A stretch of DNA of 64,000 bases from Oscillospiraceae bacterium (GCA_031253495.1 JAIRWC010000031.1:31077-95076); one strand, 5' to 3'; shown: positions 52,913 through 63,461, counted from the first letter of the stretch. Made by a program: numbers and translations. Notes: generated from the letters alone by a model not told the origin.

Positions 52913-54271
52913 GTCGCGGCGATTTCCACCCCCGACACGACCGGGAGCATAGCCATGATACGCGTTTCCGGCGAAAACGCGATTGAAATCGCCGAAAAAA
53001 TATTCATCCCCGCGAACGGCAAGCCGGTTTCCGGTATGGCGGGGTATACCGCCGCTTACGGGAGCATACGCGACAAAACGAAACTTGACGACGGGGTGCT
53101 CCTCGTTTACCGCGCCCCGAAAAGCTATACCGGGGAGGACGTCGCGGAAATTACCTGCCACGGCGGCGTTTACGTCGCGAGGAAAGTTTTGCAGGCCTGT
53201 ATAAACGCGGGGGCGCGTTTGGCGGAGGCGGGCGAGTTCACGAAAAGGGCGCTGCTCAACGGCAAAATGTCGCTTACCCAAGCGGAATCGGTGATTGACG
53301 TAATCAATTCCGCGAACGGGCGGTACCTTGCCTGCAGCAACGCGCAAAAAGACGGGGCGCTGTTCAGGAAAACGGAGGAAATCGCCGATAAAATTTTGGG
53401 CGTTTCCGCCCATATCGCCGCGTTGCTGGATTACCCGGAGGAAGGCGGCGCAAAAGCGGGCGGGTTTGAAATCTCTTCCCGTATCGGGCTGCTCGACGAT
53501 TGCCGGCTGCAATTGTCGTCGCTGCTCGAAAGCCATGAAATCGGCAGAATCATGCGGGAGGGGGTTATAACCGCGATTGTTGGCAAAACCAACGCCGGCA
53601 AATCCACGCTGATGAACCTGATGACCCGCGACGACCGCAGCATAGTAACGGACATTCCCGGGACGACGCGCGACGTTATAGAAGAAACCGTCAACATGGA
53701 CGGCGCGGTTTTGCGGTTGTGCGACTGCGCCGGTATCCGCGAAACGGGCGACGCCGTCGAAAAAATCGGAATCGAGCTTATGCTCAAACGAATCGAGGAG
53801 GCGGCGCTGATTCTCGCGGTTTTCGACAATTCGCGCCCGCTTGAAAAAGAGGATTACGCGCTCATTGAAAAAATCGCCGGCAAGACCGTCGTTTGCGTGA
53901 TAAATAAAATCGACCTTGAAAGCAAGACAGATTTGTCGGAACTTTCGGCGCGGTTCGGGAATACGGTGAAAATATGCGCGAAAGACGGCGCTTCGTTGAA
54001 CGCGCTCGTCGCCGCGGTCAACGGGGCTTTGGGGATAAACGCGGCGGATTTGTCGGCGGGGTTCATCGCCAACGAAAGGCAGCGCGTTTGCGCTTTGGAC
54101 GCGAAACTCGCCTTGACGGAGGCGATTGCGGGGATTGAGAACGGCGCGCCTTTGGACGCGACGGGGTTTTGGCTGGAAAACGCGTTGGACGCGTTGTACA
54201 GGCTTTCGGGAAAAAGAGCGAGCGCGCGGATAATAGACGAGGTGTTCAAGAATTTTTGCGTGGGGAAATAG
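52871..54271 (+). CDS. mnmE: tRNA uridine-5-carboxymethylaminomethyl modification GTPase MnmE
   Basis: It has AAISTP..GSIAMIRVSG, GKTNAGKSTLMN, DIPGTTRD, the terminal motif CVGK, and more. The start could equally be the second copy at 52895. Confidence 0.92.
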   Translation: MMTARTGAMMTARTVAAISTPDTTGSIAMIRVSGENAIEIAEKIFIPANGKPVSGMAGYTAAYGSIRDKTKLDDGVLLVYRAPKSYTGEDVAEITCHGGVYVARKVLQACINAGARLAEAGEFTKRALLNGKMSLTQAESVIDVINSANGRYLACSNAQKDGALFRKTEEIADKILGVSAHIAALLDYPEEGGAKAGGFEISSRIGLLDDCRLQLSSLLESHEIGRIMREGVITAIVGKTNAGKSTLMNLMTRDDRSIVTDIPGTTRDVIEETVNMDGAVLRLCDCAGIRETGDAVEKIGIELMLKRIEEAALILAVFDNSRPLEKEDYALIEKIAGKTVVCVINKIDLESKTDLSELSARFGNTVKICAKDGASLNALVAAVNGALGINAADLSAGFIANERQRVCALDAKLALTEAIAGIENGAPLDATGFWLENALDALYRLSGKRASARIIDEVFKNFCVGK

Positions 54272-54279
54272 AAAACCTT

Positions 54280-55122
54280 TTACAGTTTTTCGTATTCGCT
54301 CAGCGTCGCGCCCGAATTAAGCCACGGCAACGCGCTTTCCAGCATAACGCCGTCCCTCGGTTCGCTCCCGTAGCCGTAAGCGGTTTTCACCGCGATTTGC
54401 GTGAACGCCGTGGCGCGGTTAATCGCGAGCGGCAGGCTGTCGCCGGAAAGCAACCCGCCCGTCAGCGCGCTCGCGAAAATATCCCCCGTGCCCGGGTATT
54501 TCACCGGTATATATTCATAGTTCACGCGCCAATAACCGCCGTTATCACGGTCTAACCCTATGTTGCACATACGGCCGTCGGCCATGGGGACGCCCGTTAT
54601 AACGGCGGTTCCGGCGTGTTCGCAAAGGCGGGCGAGCCAGCTTTTCGCGGCGTTGTGGTTTAAGGAGACGGGGAAGTCCTCGCCGAGCAGTATGGCCGCT
54701 TCGGTAAGGTTCGGGGTGATAACGTCGGCGACGCGAACCAACTCGCTCATCCTCGCGCAAAGCTCTTTCGTGTAAGTCCTGTAAAGTTTTCCGTGGTCGC
54801 CCATAACGGGGTCCGCGACCTTGAGCGCGTTTTTGTAGCCGCCGAAAAACTCGAGGCAGCCGTCAATTTGCGCCGATGAAGCCAAGAATCCGCTGTACAC
54901 CGCGTCGAACTCGATTTTTAACTCCTTGTAGCGTTTATAGCACGGGATGATATAATCGGTTAAATCCTTGAAAACAACCTCGCCGAATCCGCCGGTATGC
55001 GTTGAAAAAACGGCGGTCGGAACCGGGCAGACCTGTATCCCCATCGACGACAGCGTGGGAATTATAACCGCGAGAGAGCATCTCCCGAAACCGGAAAGGT
55101 CGTGAATGGCGGCGACTTTCAT
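54280..55122 (-). CDS. pdxK: pyridoxal/pyridoxamine kinase
   Basis: The translation is MKVAAIHDLSGFGRCSLAVIIPTLSSMGIQVCPVPTAVFSTHTGGF...GTGDIFAS. Confidence 0.85.
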   Translation of the reverse strand: MKVAAIHDLSGFGRCSLAVIIPTLSSMGIQVCPVPTAVFSTHTGGFGEVVFKDLTDYIIPCYKRYKELKIEFDAVYSGFLASSAQIDGCLEFFGGYKNALKVADPVMGDHGKLYRTYTKELCARMSELVRVADVITPNLTEAAILLGEDFPVSLNHNAAKSWLARLCEHAGTAVITGVPMADGRMCNIGLDRDNGGYWRVNYEYIPVKYPGTGDIFASALTGGLLSGDSLPLAINRATAFTQIAVKTAYGYGSEPRDGVMLESALPWLNSGATLSEYEKL

Positions 55123-55130
55123 AATACGAG

Positions 55131-55832
55131 TTACTCCCCTTGCTTTGCCGAAACGAATTCCAGATACTCAAGGTTTTGCGAAAACCTGATTCTGCCGCGG
55201 CCCGTAAGCTCCAGCAACGCTAAAAACGTCGCGACCTGCTCCGAACGCGTCTGTCCGGAAAACAGCTCTTTTACTTTTATTTTTCCGATATTCCGTATTT
55301 TTTTCAGCACATACACTATTTTGGTGAAAACGCTGACATAGGTTATATTCAGCGTTTCCGACACGGAAGGCGGCGGCTCGTTCCTGAGCCTGTCCCTGCC
55401 GAGAACGGCGCCGACGGCTTCGACAAGCTCGTACGGCTCGTGGGTTAAGCCGTAACCGCGGCCGCTTTCGTCCGGCTGCGGTTCCCGCGTGAAAACGTCG
55501 TCGCCGACATAAAGCCCGCGCAGGCGTTCCGCCGCCGCCTTGCACAAAGCGTATTCGATTAACGCGCCCTCCAACTCTTTTTTCAGTTGTTCGGCCTCGT
55601 GCTTGGGCAAAAGCGACGCGGTTTTAATCAGTATAAGGCGCGCCGCCGCCTCCATGAACTCGCCCGCGAGCTCTATGTCCGCTTCCTGCGCGGCGTCGAT
55701 ATATTTCAAGAACTGCTCCAATAAAACGGAGATTTCAATGTCCATGATATCGAGCTTGTGCTTGGCGACCAGCGAAAGCATGAGGTCGAGCGGTCCTTCG
55801 AATATTTCCGTTTTAAAGCTGAACTCTTTCAT
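55131..55832 (-). CDS. scpA: segregation and condensation protein A
   Basis: It has FEGPLDLMLSLVAKHKLDIMDIEISVLLEQFL. Confidence 0.88.
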   Translation of the reverse strand: MKEFSFKTEIFEGPLDLMLSLVAKHKLDIMDIEISVLLEQFLKYIDAAQEADIELAGEFMEAAARLILIKTASLLPKHEAEQLKKELEGALIEYALCKAAAERLRGLYVGDDVFTREPQPDESGRGYGLTHEPYELVEAVGAVLGRDRLRNEPPPSVSETLNITYVSVFTKIVYVLKKIRNIGKIKVKELFSGQTRSEQVATFLALLELTGRGRIRFSQNLEYLEFVSAKQGE

Positions 55833-56521
55833 TTGACAAAAAACGTGGCCAAATCCAGGCCTTTCATAATATAACCGCCGACGAAGCCTATGACGCCCGA
55901 AAGTATATACGGCGGGAAAAATATCAGCGCCAGGAAAACAAACCTGATAATCATCATGTTCCTTTCCATGAAAATTATATGCTTTGTCTTCAAAAAATAA
56001 TAAAGTATCTTCGAGCCGTCAAGCGGCGGTATCGGGAACAGGTTAAACACGGCGAGGTACACGCTGATTTGCGCGATTAACCGAAACGCGTAACCCATGT
56101 AGAACATGGCTTGCTGATGGTTTAAATAGCATATCTTTGAAATTATTACAAAAACAAAGGATAAAATCACGTTGGAAACCGGACCCGCCGCCGCCGTCAG
56201 GGATATGAAGCCCCTCACCGTAACCTTGCGGGTGGCGTTCCTCGGTTCGACGGGAACGGGCTTCGCCCATCCGAACGACATAAGGAACATGAAAATCGCG
56301 CCCATCATGTCGATATGCGCGAAAGGGTTAAGCGTCAGCCGCCCTTGCCTTTGCGCCGTCTCGTCGCCGAGCAGTTTGGCGGAAAGGGCGTGCGCGCATT
56401 CGTGGAACGGGAAAAGCACGAAAATTATCGCCAGCACCGAAAAAAAGTGTATCGCGACCACAATCGGCTCGACCCGACCCGCCAACCCGTCGAACAGCGT
56501 GAAAACAGGACCTCTGAACAT
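55829..56521 (-). CDS. site-2 protease (M50) family membrane metalloprotease
   Basis: It has the HExxH motif HECAHAL, and later PIPPLDGSK. The ATG at 56521 follows AAAGGATGG. Confidence 0.8.
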   Translation of the reverse strand: MFRGPVFTLFDGLAGRVEPIVVAIHFFSVLAIIFVLFPFHECAHALSAKLLGDETAQRQGRLTLNPFAHIDMMGAIFMFLMSFGWAKPVPVEPRNATRKVTVRGFISLTAAAGPVSNVILSFVFVIISKICYLNHQQAMFYMGYAFRLIAQISVYLAVFNLFPIPPLDGSKILYYFLKTKHIIFMERNMMIIRFVFLALIFFPPYILSGVIGFVGGYIMKGLDLATFFVK

Positions 56522-56576
56522 TGTGTGCCATCCTTTCCGGAAATTATACGGCAATTTCGCGTTCCATGCAAAATTG

Positions 56577-57422
56577 CTATATAACCGCCTTGCGGTGTCT
56601 TGTAACGTGGCAGCCGATATTCACCGCGACGGGCAGCCCCGCTATATGCGTGGGGAACCGCTCGATATTCACGCTTAACGCCGTTACCGTGCCGCCGAAG
56701 CCTTGCGCCCCTATCCCAAGGCGGTTAATTTCGGAAAGCATACGCTCCTCGATATCGGAATACCTTTTATCGGGATGGCGGGCGTTCACGCCCCTGCAAA
56801 GCGCTTTCTTGGCGAGAATCGCCGCGTATTCGAAATCGCCGCCTATCCCCACGCCCGCTATAATCGGGGGGCAGGGGTTGCTCCCCGCTTTTGAAACCGT
56901 TTCGGTTACGAAAGCGATTATATCCTCGATTGAAGCCGTCGGCGGGAACATCTTGACCGCGCTCATGTTCTCCGAGCCGAAGCCTTTGGGCGCGGCGGTG
57001 ATGACCGCCTTATCGCCCGCGGTTATCTCCGCGTGGATAATCGCCGGGGTATTGTCGCCGGTGTTCTCGCGGAAGATAGGGTCGGACGCCACCGACTTGC
57101 GGAGACAGCCGTCGCGGTAGCCCATGGCGACGCCCTCGTTTACCGCTTCGTATAAATTTCCGCCCGTAAAACGGACGTCCTGCCCTATTTCAAGGAACAC
57201 CACCGCCATCCCCGTGTCCTGGCACACCGGAATGTTTTTCCTTTCCGCCTCGTCCATATTGCGGACCAAATCCCTCAAAACGCCCGCGCAAAGCGGCGAC
57301 CTCTCCTCTTTTGCGGATTTAAGCAGTATTTCCCGCGTCCCTTCGGGCAAAAACACGTTCGCTTCGACGAATAACCGCGCCGTGGCGTCGCGGATTACCG
57401 AAACGTCAATCTCCCTTGTCAT
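56577..57422 (-). CDS. class I fumarate hydratase / tartrate dehydratase alpha (N-terminal) subunit
   Basis: It has CQDTGMAVVFLEIGQDV and GGTVTALSV..E, and similar motifs. The start is ambiguous between the ATG at 57422 and the GTG at 57437. Confidence 0.8.
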   Translation of the reverse strand: MTREIDVSVIRDATARLFVEANVFLPEGTREILLKSAKEERSPLCAGVLRDLVRNMDEAERKNIPVCQDTGMAVVFLEIGQDVRFTGGNLYEAVNEGVAMGYRDGCLRKSVASDPIFRENTGDNTPAIIHAEITAGDKAVITAAPKGFGSENMSAVKMFPPTASIEDIIAFVTETVSKAGSNPCPPIIAGVGIGGDFEYAAILAKKALCRGVNARHPDKRYSDIEERMLSEINRLGIGAQGFGGTVTALSVNIERFPTHIAGLPVAVNIGCHVTRHRKAVI

Positions 57423-57972
57423 CGGGTTCGCTTTCACCTCCGCCGCTGATAAATTCCTGTAAATAGTCGGTTATGGCGCGCGCCTTGCGCCTGTCCACCG
57501 CCAGCGACATCGCCGAAACGGCCAGCGAAGCCGCCGTTATCCCCAAAGCGGGATAGACGGGCAGAATTTCCGCGGCGTTTTTCCTCCCGGTATTCGGGTC
57601 GATACCGCCGAAAGGCAGGTTTTCAAGCGCGACGGGGCATAACAGCGCGAGGATTATCCCGACGGCGAAAATTACGGCCGCGATTATCCTGACTTGCGGC
57701 GAGGACGTGATTTTCCCCTTTGCGCAACACCCGCCGTCGCCGTATTCGTAAATTTCGCCCTTAAACGCGGCGTCGCAAATATCCGAGCCGTAACTGCGGT
57801 AATACGACAGCGTGAACTTGCCGCCTTTTTTCCCGTGCCGGAAAAAAGGCTTGCCCTTAACGGGCGTTTCCTTGGTTTGGAAATCGGCGGTTTCCTCCCA
57901 TTTGCGACGGACCTCCCCCGGGGGGATATTTCCGTCGAGGAGTATATCCACCGACAGCTTGACTACCGACAT
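57406..57972 (-). CDS. hypothetical membrane protein (189 aa)
   Basis: The ATG at 57972 follows GGAGG. It has two hydrophobic helices, IIAAVIFAVGIILALLCPVAL and VYPALGITAASLAVSAMSLAV. Confidence 0.5.
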   Translation of the reverse strand: MSVVKLSVDILLDGNIPPGEVRRKWEETADFQTKETPVKGKPFFRHGKKGGKFTLSYYRSYGSDICDAAFKGEIYEYGDGGCCAKGKITSSPQVRIIAAVIFAVGIILALLCPVALENLPFGGIDPNTGRKNAAEILPVYPALGITAASLAVSAMSLAVDRRKARAITDYLQEFISGGGESEPDDKGD

Positions 57973-57982
57973 CGAACCTCCG

Positions 57983-59173
57983 TCACAACACCCTTGCCCC
58001 GCCGATAAACACCGCTTCCGGCTTCGCCAAAACCTCATAAAATTTCGCGCCGCCGTTAAAAATCGCCAAATCCGCGTCTTTGCCCTCTTCTATGCTCCCC
58101 ACGGAAGCGGCGACGCCGCAAATCCGCGCCGCGTCGGCGGTAATCGCCCTGAGCGCCTTTTCCTCGCTTAACCCGCCCCTTATCGCCAACCCCGCCGAAA
58201 GCGGCAGATACTGCGCCGGCAAGACGGGATGGTCGGTGCAAATCGCGAACTTGACGCCGTGCTTTTCAAGGGCGGCGGCGGCGGTTATCGAGTGCCCCGC
58301 CAATTCCGGCTTGCCCCTGTCGCTGATAACGGGTCCCAATATGACGAAAACGCCGTCTTTTTTCAACTCGCCGGCTATTTTGAAAGAATCCGTGCCGTGG
58401 ATTACGACCAACTCCAAACCGAACTCTTTGGCGAGCCTTATCGCCGTGAAGATATCGTCGCAGCGGTGGCAGTGCGCGTGCATTTTGACTTCGCCTTTCA
58501 AAAGCGGTATAAGCGCCTCGCACTTTATGTCAAAATCCGGCAACCCCGTTTCGTTGTCCGCGCCCTTCGTTTTTTCATGCTCCGTAACGGTTTCAAGGTA
58601 TCGCTTGGCTTTATACAGTTGTTCGCGGATTATCGCGGCGGTCGCCATTCGCGTTACGGGGGCTTCGTCGCGGTCGCAATACACGCGCTTGGGGTTTTCC
58701 CCGAGCGCGAATTTTATCGCGGACGGCGACTTTATTATTCTGTCGTCGATACGTTCGTATTCTGAACGCCCGAGGGTTTTCATAATCAAAAAACTGCCCG
58801 AGACGGCGTTCGCGCTCCCCGGCCCGACGGCGACGGTCGTAACCCCCGCTTTCGCCGCTTCCCCGAAGCACAAATCCGACGGGTTAACCATGTCAATCGC
58901 GCGTAAGTGCGGGGTGCAGGGGTCGGTGGTTTCGTTGCCGTCGTCCCCCTCGAAGCCCGAAGCGTTCTCCCAAACCCCCAAATGGCAGTGGGCGTCCACG
59001 AACCCCGGATAAACGGCGCCCCCTTTCGCGTTATAATCGCTCCCGGCGACGGCGGGGCAAACGGACATATCCCCGATTTTTTTTATAACGCCGTTTTCAA
59101 TTTCAATGAAGCCTTTGCCGAAAACCCTGTCCTCGCCGTCAGCCGTAAAGATTTTCGCGTCGTATACAATCAT
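57983..59173 (-). CDS. amidohydrolase family protein
   Basis: The metal-binding motif GFVDAHCHLG lies near the N-terminus, and the overall amidohydrolase pattern is present. Confidence 0.8.
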   Translation of the reverse strand: MIVYDAKIFTADGEDRVFGKGFIEIENGVIKKIGDMSVCPAVAGSDYNAKGGAVYPGFVDAHCHLGVWENASGFEGDDGNETTDPCTPHLRAIDMVNPSDLCFGEAAKAGVTTVAVGPGSANAVSGSFLIMKTLGRSEYERIDDRIIKSPSAIKFALGENPKRVYCDRDEAPVTRMATAAIIREQLYKAKRYLETVTEHEKTKGADNETGLPDFDIKCEALIPLLKGEVKMHAHCHRCDDIFTAIRLAKEFGLELVVIHGTDSFKIAGELKKDGVFVILGPVISDRGKPELAGHSITAAAALEKHGVKFAICTDHPVLPAQYLPLSAGLAIRGGLSEEKALRAITADAARICGVAASVGSIEEGKDADLAIFNGGAKFYEVLAKPEAVFIGGARVL

Positions 59174-59692
59174 TTATTCCGCTCCGTTCACCTCGCGATA
59201 AATCGCGATAATACGCTCCGCCAGCGAAACGACGTCGGTATTGCCGTTTACGGTGCGAACGGCGTTGTTGACATACGATTTTTTTCGGTCGGCATACAGC
59301 TTTTCAAGCGTTTTTTTCGAGGACTTAAAGGCGAGCGGGCGGTTCGGGTCGTTTTTTATCCTTCCGTAACAGGTTTCAAACTCCGCGTCGATGAACACCG
59401 AAACGCCGTATTCGTTAATCATCGCGGCGTTTTTGCGGTTAATCATCGCCCCGCCGCCCAAAGCGATTATGTAACCGTCCGTCATTCTGCTGATTGCCGC
59501 TATTTCCAGCTCGCGAAAGTATCCCTCGCCGCTTTCCGCGAAAATTTCGGGGATTGTGCGTTTTTCTTTTTCGACGATATAACTGTCCAAATCCAAAAAA
59601 GGCGTGCCTATCTTTTCGGCGGCGATTTTCCCCGCGCTGGACTTCCCGCTCCCCATAAACCCGCAAAGATAAATAGACTTAGATTTTTTCAT
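59174..59692 (-). CDS. aroK: shikimate kinase
   Basis: It has the P-loop GFMGSGKSS, LDLD and GGGA. Confidence 0.88.
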   Translation of the reverse strand: MKKSKSIYLCGFMGSGKSSAGKIAAEKIGTPFLDLDSYIVEKEKRTIPEIFAESGEGYFRELEIAAISRMTDGYIIALGGGAMINRKNAAMINEYGVSVFIDAEFETCYGRIKNDPNRPLAFKSSKKTLEKLYADRKKSYVNNAVRTVNGNTDVVSLAERIIAIYREVNGAE

Positions 59693-60534
59693 AGCTGCCC
59701 TTTAGCCTCTTCTATTATTACGGCTAAGTCCTCCTCCCCTACGCTTGCGTAATTCCATATGTTTTCGGCCATGGCCGCCTGATAAACCAGCATGGCTACC
59801 CCGTCCAAAGCCTTGGCGCCGCGTTTTTGCGCTTCCGCCGCAAGTTTCGTCGGGGAGGGGTTGTACACCGCGTCAAAAACGTATTTCACCCTGCCCAATA
59901 TGTCGGAAACGACCGGCATTTCGTCAACGTTCGGGTACATCCCCGCCGGAGTGGCGTTAAGCAGCAAATCGTACTGATTGCTTAAGTTAAGGCGGTCGGC
60001 GTAGGTTATTTTAACGGCTTTCCCCCCGGCGGCGGATATATGTTCGTTTATCTCGCTTGAAATCCTCCCCGCCGCTTTTTCCTCGGAAGACTCGTGCCGT
60101 ATCGCGATTGTCAGTTCGGCGCCCGCCAAAGCCGCTTCAATCGCCATCATCCTCCCGACGCCCCCGCACCCGAGCAGAAGAATTTTCGACTCGAGCGAAG
60201 CCCCCAGCATCTCGACGGATTTGAGGAACCCGTAAACGTCGGTGTTATACCCCACGGAACCGCCTTCGGTCTTGACGCAGTTCACCGCCCCGTAGCGGGA
60301 GGCGCTTTCGTCCAGCCCGTCAAGGTAAGGGATGATTTCAACCTTATACGGGATTGTAACGTTAAAGCCCTGCAGTTCTTTTATTTCCCCGGCTTTAACC
60401 GCAAGCTCGTCCGGCTTAACCTCGTAAAGGCCGTATTCGCAATCGGTCAGCCCCGCGAGCGCGAACAGCCGTTTATGGATGAACGGCGAAACGGAATGTT
60501 CCAACGGATACCCCAACAAGCCGAATTTTCTCAT
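59689..60534 (-). CDS. aroE: shikimate dehydrogenase
   Basis: It has GLLGYPLEHSVSPFIH, NVTIPYK and GCGGVG. Confidence 0.9.
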   Translation of the reverse strand: MRKFGLLGYPLEHSVSPFIHKRLFALAGLTDCEYGLYEVKPDELAVKAGEIKELQGFNVTIPYKVEIIPYLDGLDESASRYGAVNCVKTEGGSVGYNTDVYGFLKSVEMLGASLESKILLLGCGGVGRMMAIEAALAGAELTIAIRHESSEEKAAGRISSEINEHISAAGGKAVKITYADRLNLSNQYDLLLNATPAGMYPNVDEMPVVSDILGRVKYVFDAVYNPSPTKLAAEAQKRGAKALDGVAMLVYQAAMAENIWNYASVGEEDLAVIIEEAKGQL

Positions 60535-61382
60535 CCCTTCGCTTCTCCTAACGTTTTCCTTACCAATCCCGTCAACGTCTTGCCGGGCCCCGCTTCGACG
60601 AACGCGTCTATGCCGTTTTCTTTCGCCGCGTATAACTCGTCGGCGAACCTCACGGGCGAACGCATATGCGCGGCCAAATAAGAAGGCATATCGGAAAAAT
60701 CGGTCATTTTCGCCCCCGTAACGTTGGAATAAAAATCCGTTTTCGGCTCGTTGAAAACCAGCGTTTCCGCGAAAGCGCGAAACTCTTCCGAGGCGTCTTC
60801 CATCAATTCCGAATGGAACGCCGCCGAGACGTTCAGGCGCGCAATACGTTTCGCGCCCTTTTCCCTTAAAATCCCTTCCGCTTTCGGCAAAGCCTCCGCC
60901 GTTCCGGCTATGACGGTTTGCAACGGCGAATTATAGTTTACCGGCCAAACGCCGTTTATCCCGGCGCAAACGCTTTCGATAACGCCGGCTTTTAACCCCA
61001 TGACCGCCGACATTCCGCCGTTGCTTGACTTCGCCATTATCTCGCTTCTCGCCTTAATCGCCTTAAAACCGTTTTCGACGTCGAGAACGCCGCACGCGAC
61101 CAAAGCCGCGTATTCCCCCAGCGAGTGCCCCGCGACCGCGTAATCCGAAATCGCGCCGGCAAACGCCTCTAACGCCGCCAACGAAGCCGCGAATACCGCC
61201 GGCTGAGCCAAAAGCGTGTTCGACAACTCCGCCTCGCCGCTTTTCCCGACGGTTTCCGCCAAATCGTAACCGAGAATATCGCGGGCGCACCCGCGAACGG
61301 ACGGCGACCTCGCTATTTCTTCCGACATTCCGGCGTATTGCGAGCCTTGCCCGGGGAACAGCAGCATTTTTTTCACAGGCAT
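60531..61382 (-). CDS. fabD: ACP S-malonyltransferase
   Basis: It has LFPGQGSQYAGM, the GHSLGEY nucleophile motif, and VSAAFHS. Confidence 0.9.
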   Translation of the reverse strand: MPVKKMLLFPGQGSQYAGMSEEIARSPSVRGCARDILGYDLAETVGKSGEAELSNTLLAQPAVFAASLAALEAFAGAISDYAVAGHSLGEYAALVACGVLDVENGFKAIKARSEIMAKSSNGGMSAVMGLKAGVIESVCAGINGVWPVNYNSPLQTVIAGTAEALPKAEGILREKGAKRIARLNVSAAFHSELMEDASEEFRAFAETLVFNEPKTDFYSNVTGAKMTDFSDMPSYLAAHMRSPVRFADELYAAKENGIDAFVEAGPGKTLTGLVRKTLGEAKG

Positions 61383-61401
61383 AAACGCGACCTCGTTAAT
61401 T

Positions 61402-61437
61402 TTTGTCTTGACAAACTTATAAGACATAGGTTAGAAT
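61402..61437 (+). promoter_or_regulatory. fabH promoter (TTGACA-N18-TAGAAT) overlapped by the inverted repeat TTTGTC-tt-GACAAA
   Basis: TTGACA lies at 61408-61413, TAGAAT at 61432-61437, and the palindrome at 61402-61415. The flanks (AGTTTG...CAAA) resemble the FabT-type operator as I remember it. Confidence 0.5.
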
Positions 61438-61527
61438 ATATGGTAAAGCCGATAAATTTCAGTTAAAACGCGATATGCTATTTCATTATATACCATTTTT
61501 TTTATAAAATCAAGGAGATTTTTCGAT

Positions 61528-62517
61528 ATGGATATAAAACATGGCATAAAAATTATCGGCACGGGTTCCTACACGCCTGAAACCGTCGTTAAAAACAGCG
61601 ATTTCTCCGAATATATGGACACCGACGACGAGTGGATTTATTCCCGTACCGGAATAAAGGAAAGGCGCTTCAACACAGGGAAGACCAATTTTTTCATGGC
61701 GGGCGAAGCGGCGAAGCGCGCTTTGGATTCCGCCGGCGCCAAGCCGGAAGAAATTGACATGATTATCGTTTCGACGGCGTCCCCCGATTTTTTCTACCCG
61801 TCCGCCGCCTGTTTGGTTCAGAATATCATCGGCGCGAAAAACGCGGCGGCCCTCGACGTAAGCGCGGCCTGCGCCGGGTTTATATACGCCCTCGACGTGG
61901 CGAGGAACTATCTTTTCGCGGGGAAATACAAAAAAATCATGGTTATAGCGAGCGAATTTCTCTCGCGGCAGTTCGATTTCTACGACAGAACGGTTTCCGT
62001 GCTTTTCGGGGACGGCGCGGGCTGCGTCATAATCGGCGGTTCCCGCCGTCCTTACGCTTCGGTTTTGGGGGCGGCGGGCGAGGGTTGTTCCGATATGAAG
62101 CTGTTTTGCAAAGCGAATTACGGCATGAACGTCCCCTTTGCGAAAACCGCCGACAAGGAAGAACAGGACCCGTATATCCGAATGAACGGCAAAGACGTGT
62201 ATAAATTCGCGGTGGATATAATGCCGAAAGCCGTTAAGGAAGTCTGCCCCCAAGCGGGGTTCGCCCTTTCCGACGTCGATTTGCTTATCCCGCACCAGGC
62301 GAATATCCGAATAATCAATTCCGCGATGAAAGACCTTGGCATACCCGCGGAAAAGGTGTTCTTGAACATTGAAAAACGCGGGAATATTTCCAGCGCCTGC
62401 ATACCCGTCTGCCTTGACGAGCTTAACCGCGCGGGGAAACTGCGAGACGGCGCGAGGATATGCGCGGTGGCGTTCGGCGCGGGGTTTACCTACGGCGCGG
62501 CGGCGTTTGAGTTGTGA
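61528..62517 (+). CDS. fabH: beta-ketoacyl-ACP synthase III
   Basis: It has TDDEWIYSRTGIKERR, the active-site context SAACAGF, and HQANIRI. Confidence 0.93.
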   Translation: MDIKHGIKIIGTGSYTPETVVKNSDFSEYMDTDDEWIYSRTGIKERRFNTGKTNFFMAGEAAKRALDSAGAKPEEIDMIIVSTASPDFFYPSAACLVQNIIGAKNAAALDVSAACAGFIYALDVARNYLFAGKYKKIMVIASEFLSRQFDFYDRTVSVLFGDGAGCVIIGGSRRPYASVLGAAGEGCSDMKLFCKANYGMNVPFAKTADKEEQDPYIRMNGKDVYKFAVDIMPKAVKEVCPQAGFALSDVDLLIPHQANIRIINSAMKDLGIPAEKVFLNIEKRGNISSACIPVCLDELNRAGKLRDGARICAVAFGAGFTYGAAAFEL

Positions 62518-62532
62518 GAAAGCGAGAATCTT

Positions 62533-63461
62533 ATGCGAACCGAAATAACCGAACTCCTTAACATAACCTATCCCGTTTTGCAAGGCGGGATGGCGTGGAT
62601 AGCCGAGCATAAACTCGCTTCGGCTGTGTCGAACGCGGGCGGGGCGGGGATTATCGCGGGGGGGAACGCCCCCGCCGATGTTATCCGCGATGAAATCCGC
62701 AAGGCGAAATCGCTTACCGACAAGCCGTTCGGCTTGAACGTCATGCTCATGTCGCCGAACGCCGAGGACTTGGCGCGGCTTGCGATTGACGAGAAGTTGG
62801 CGTTCGTTACCACGGGGGCGGGCAACCCGGGAAAGTTCATAGAAGCGTGGAAGGCGGCGGGGGTAAAGGTAATCCCGGTTGTGCCGAGCGTGGCGTTGGC
62901 GAAGCGAATGGAGCGTTCGGGAGCGGACGCGGTAATCGCGGAGGGAACCGAGAGCGGCGGGCATATAGGCGAGAACACGACGATGTGCCTTGTCCCGCAG
63001 GTGGCGGACGCGGTTAAAATTCCCGTGATTGCGGCGGGCGGAATCGCCGACGGGCGCGGCGTCGCGGCGAGTTTCATGCTGGGCGCGAAGGGGGTTCAGG
63101 CGGGAACGCGGTTCTTGGCGGCTTATGAGTGCCGGGTTCACGAAAATTATAAAAAGTTGGTTCTCGGCGCGAAGGATACCGACACCATTGTAACGGGGCG
63201 GTTTACGGGGCATCCGTGCAGGGGGGTTAAGACCAAATTCGCGCGGGCGTTGCTGGATTTTGAGAAAAACGGCGGCAGCCCCGAGGAGTTCGAGAATAAA
63301 ACCGTAGGCGCGCTTCGCAAAGCCGCCGCGGACGGCAATATCGAAGAGGGCAGCTTTCTCTGCGGGGCAATCGCGGGAATGGTCGATAAGGAACAGTCCG
63401 CGAAAGATATTATTGAAGAGATGTTCTCCCTCGCCGAAAAACTTTTAAAGGGGCGGGGCTT

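Noticed and set aside
61510-63213. A 567-aa ORF on the minus strand, antisense to fabH and fabK
   Set aside because: It is Arg/Pro/Gly-rich low-complexity sequence with no recognisable motifs. It lies entirely opposite two well-supported genes. This is the typical shadow ORF of GC-rich coding DNA. The same reasoning applies to 40117-41400, 21387-22265, 24841-25731, 58080-59012, 58907-59752, 36138-36974, 13948-14679, 17283-18101 and 51111-51764.
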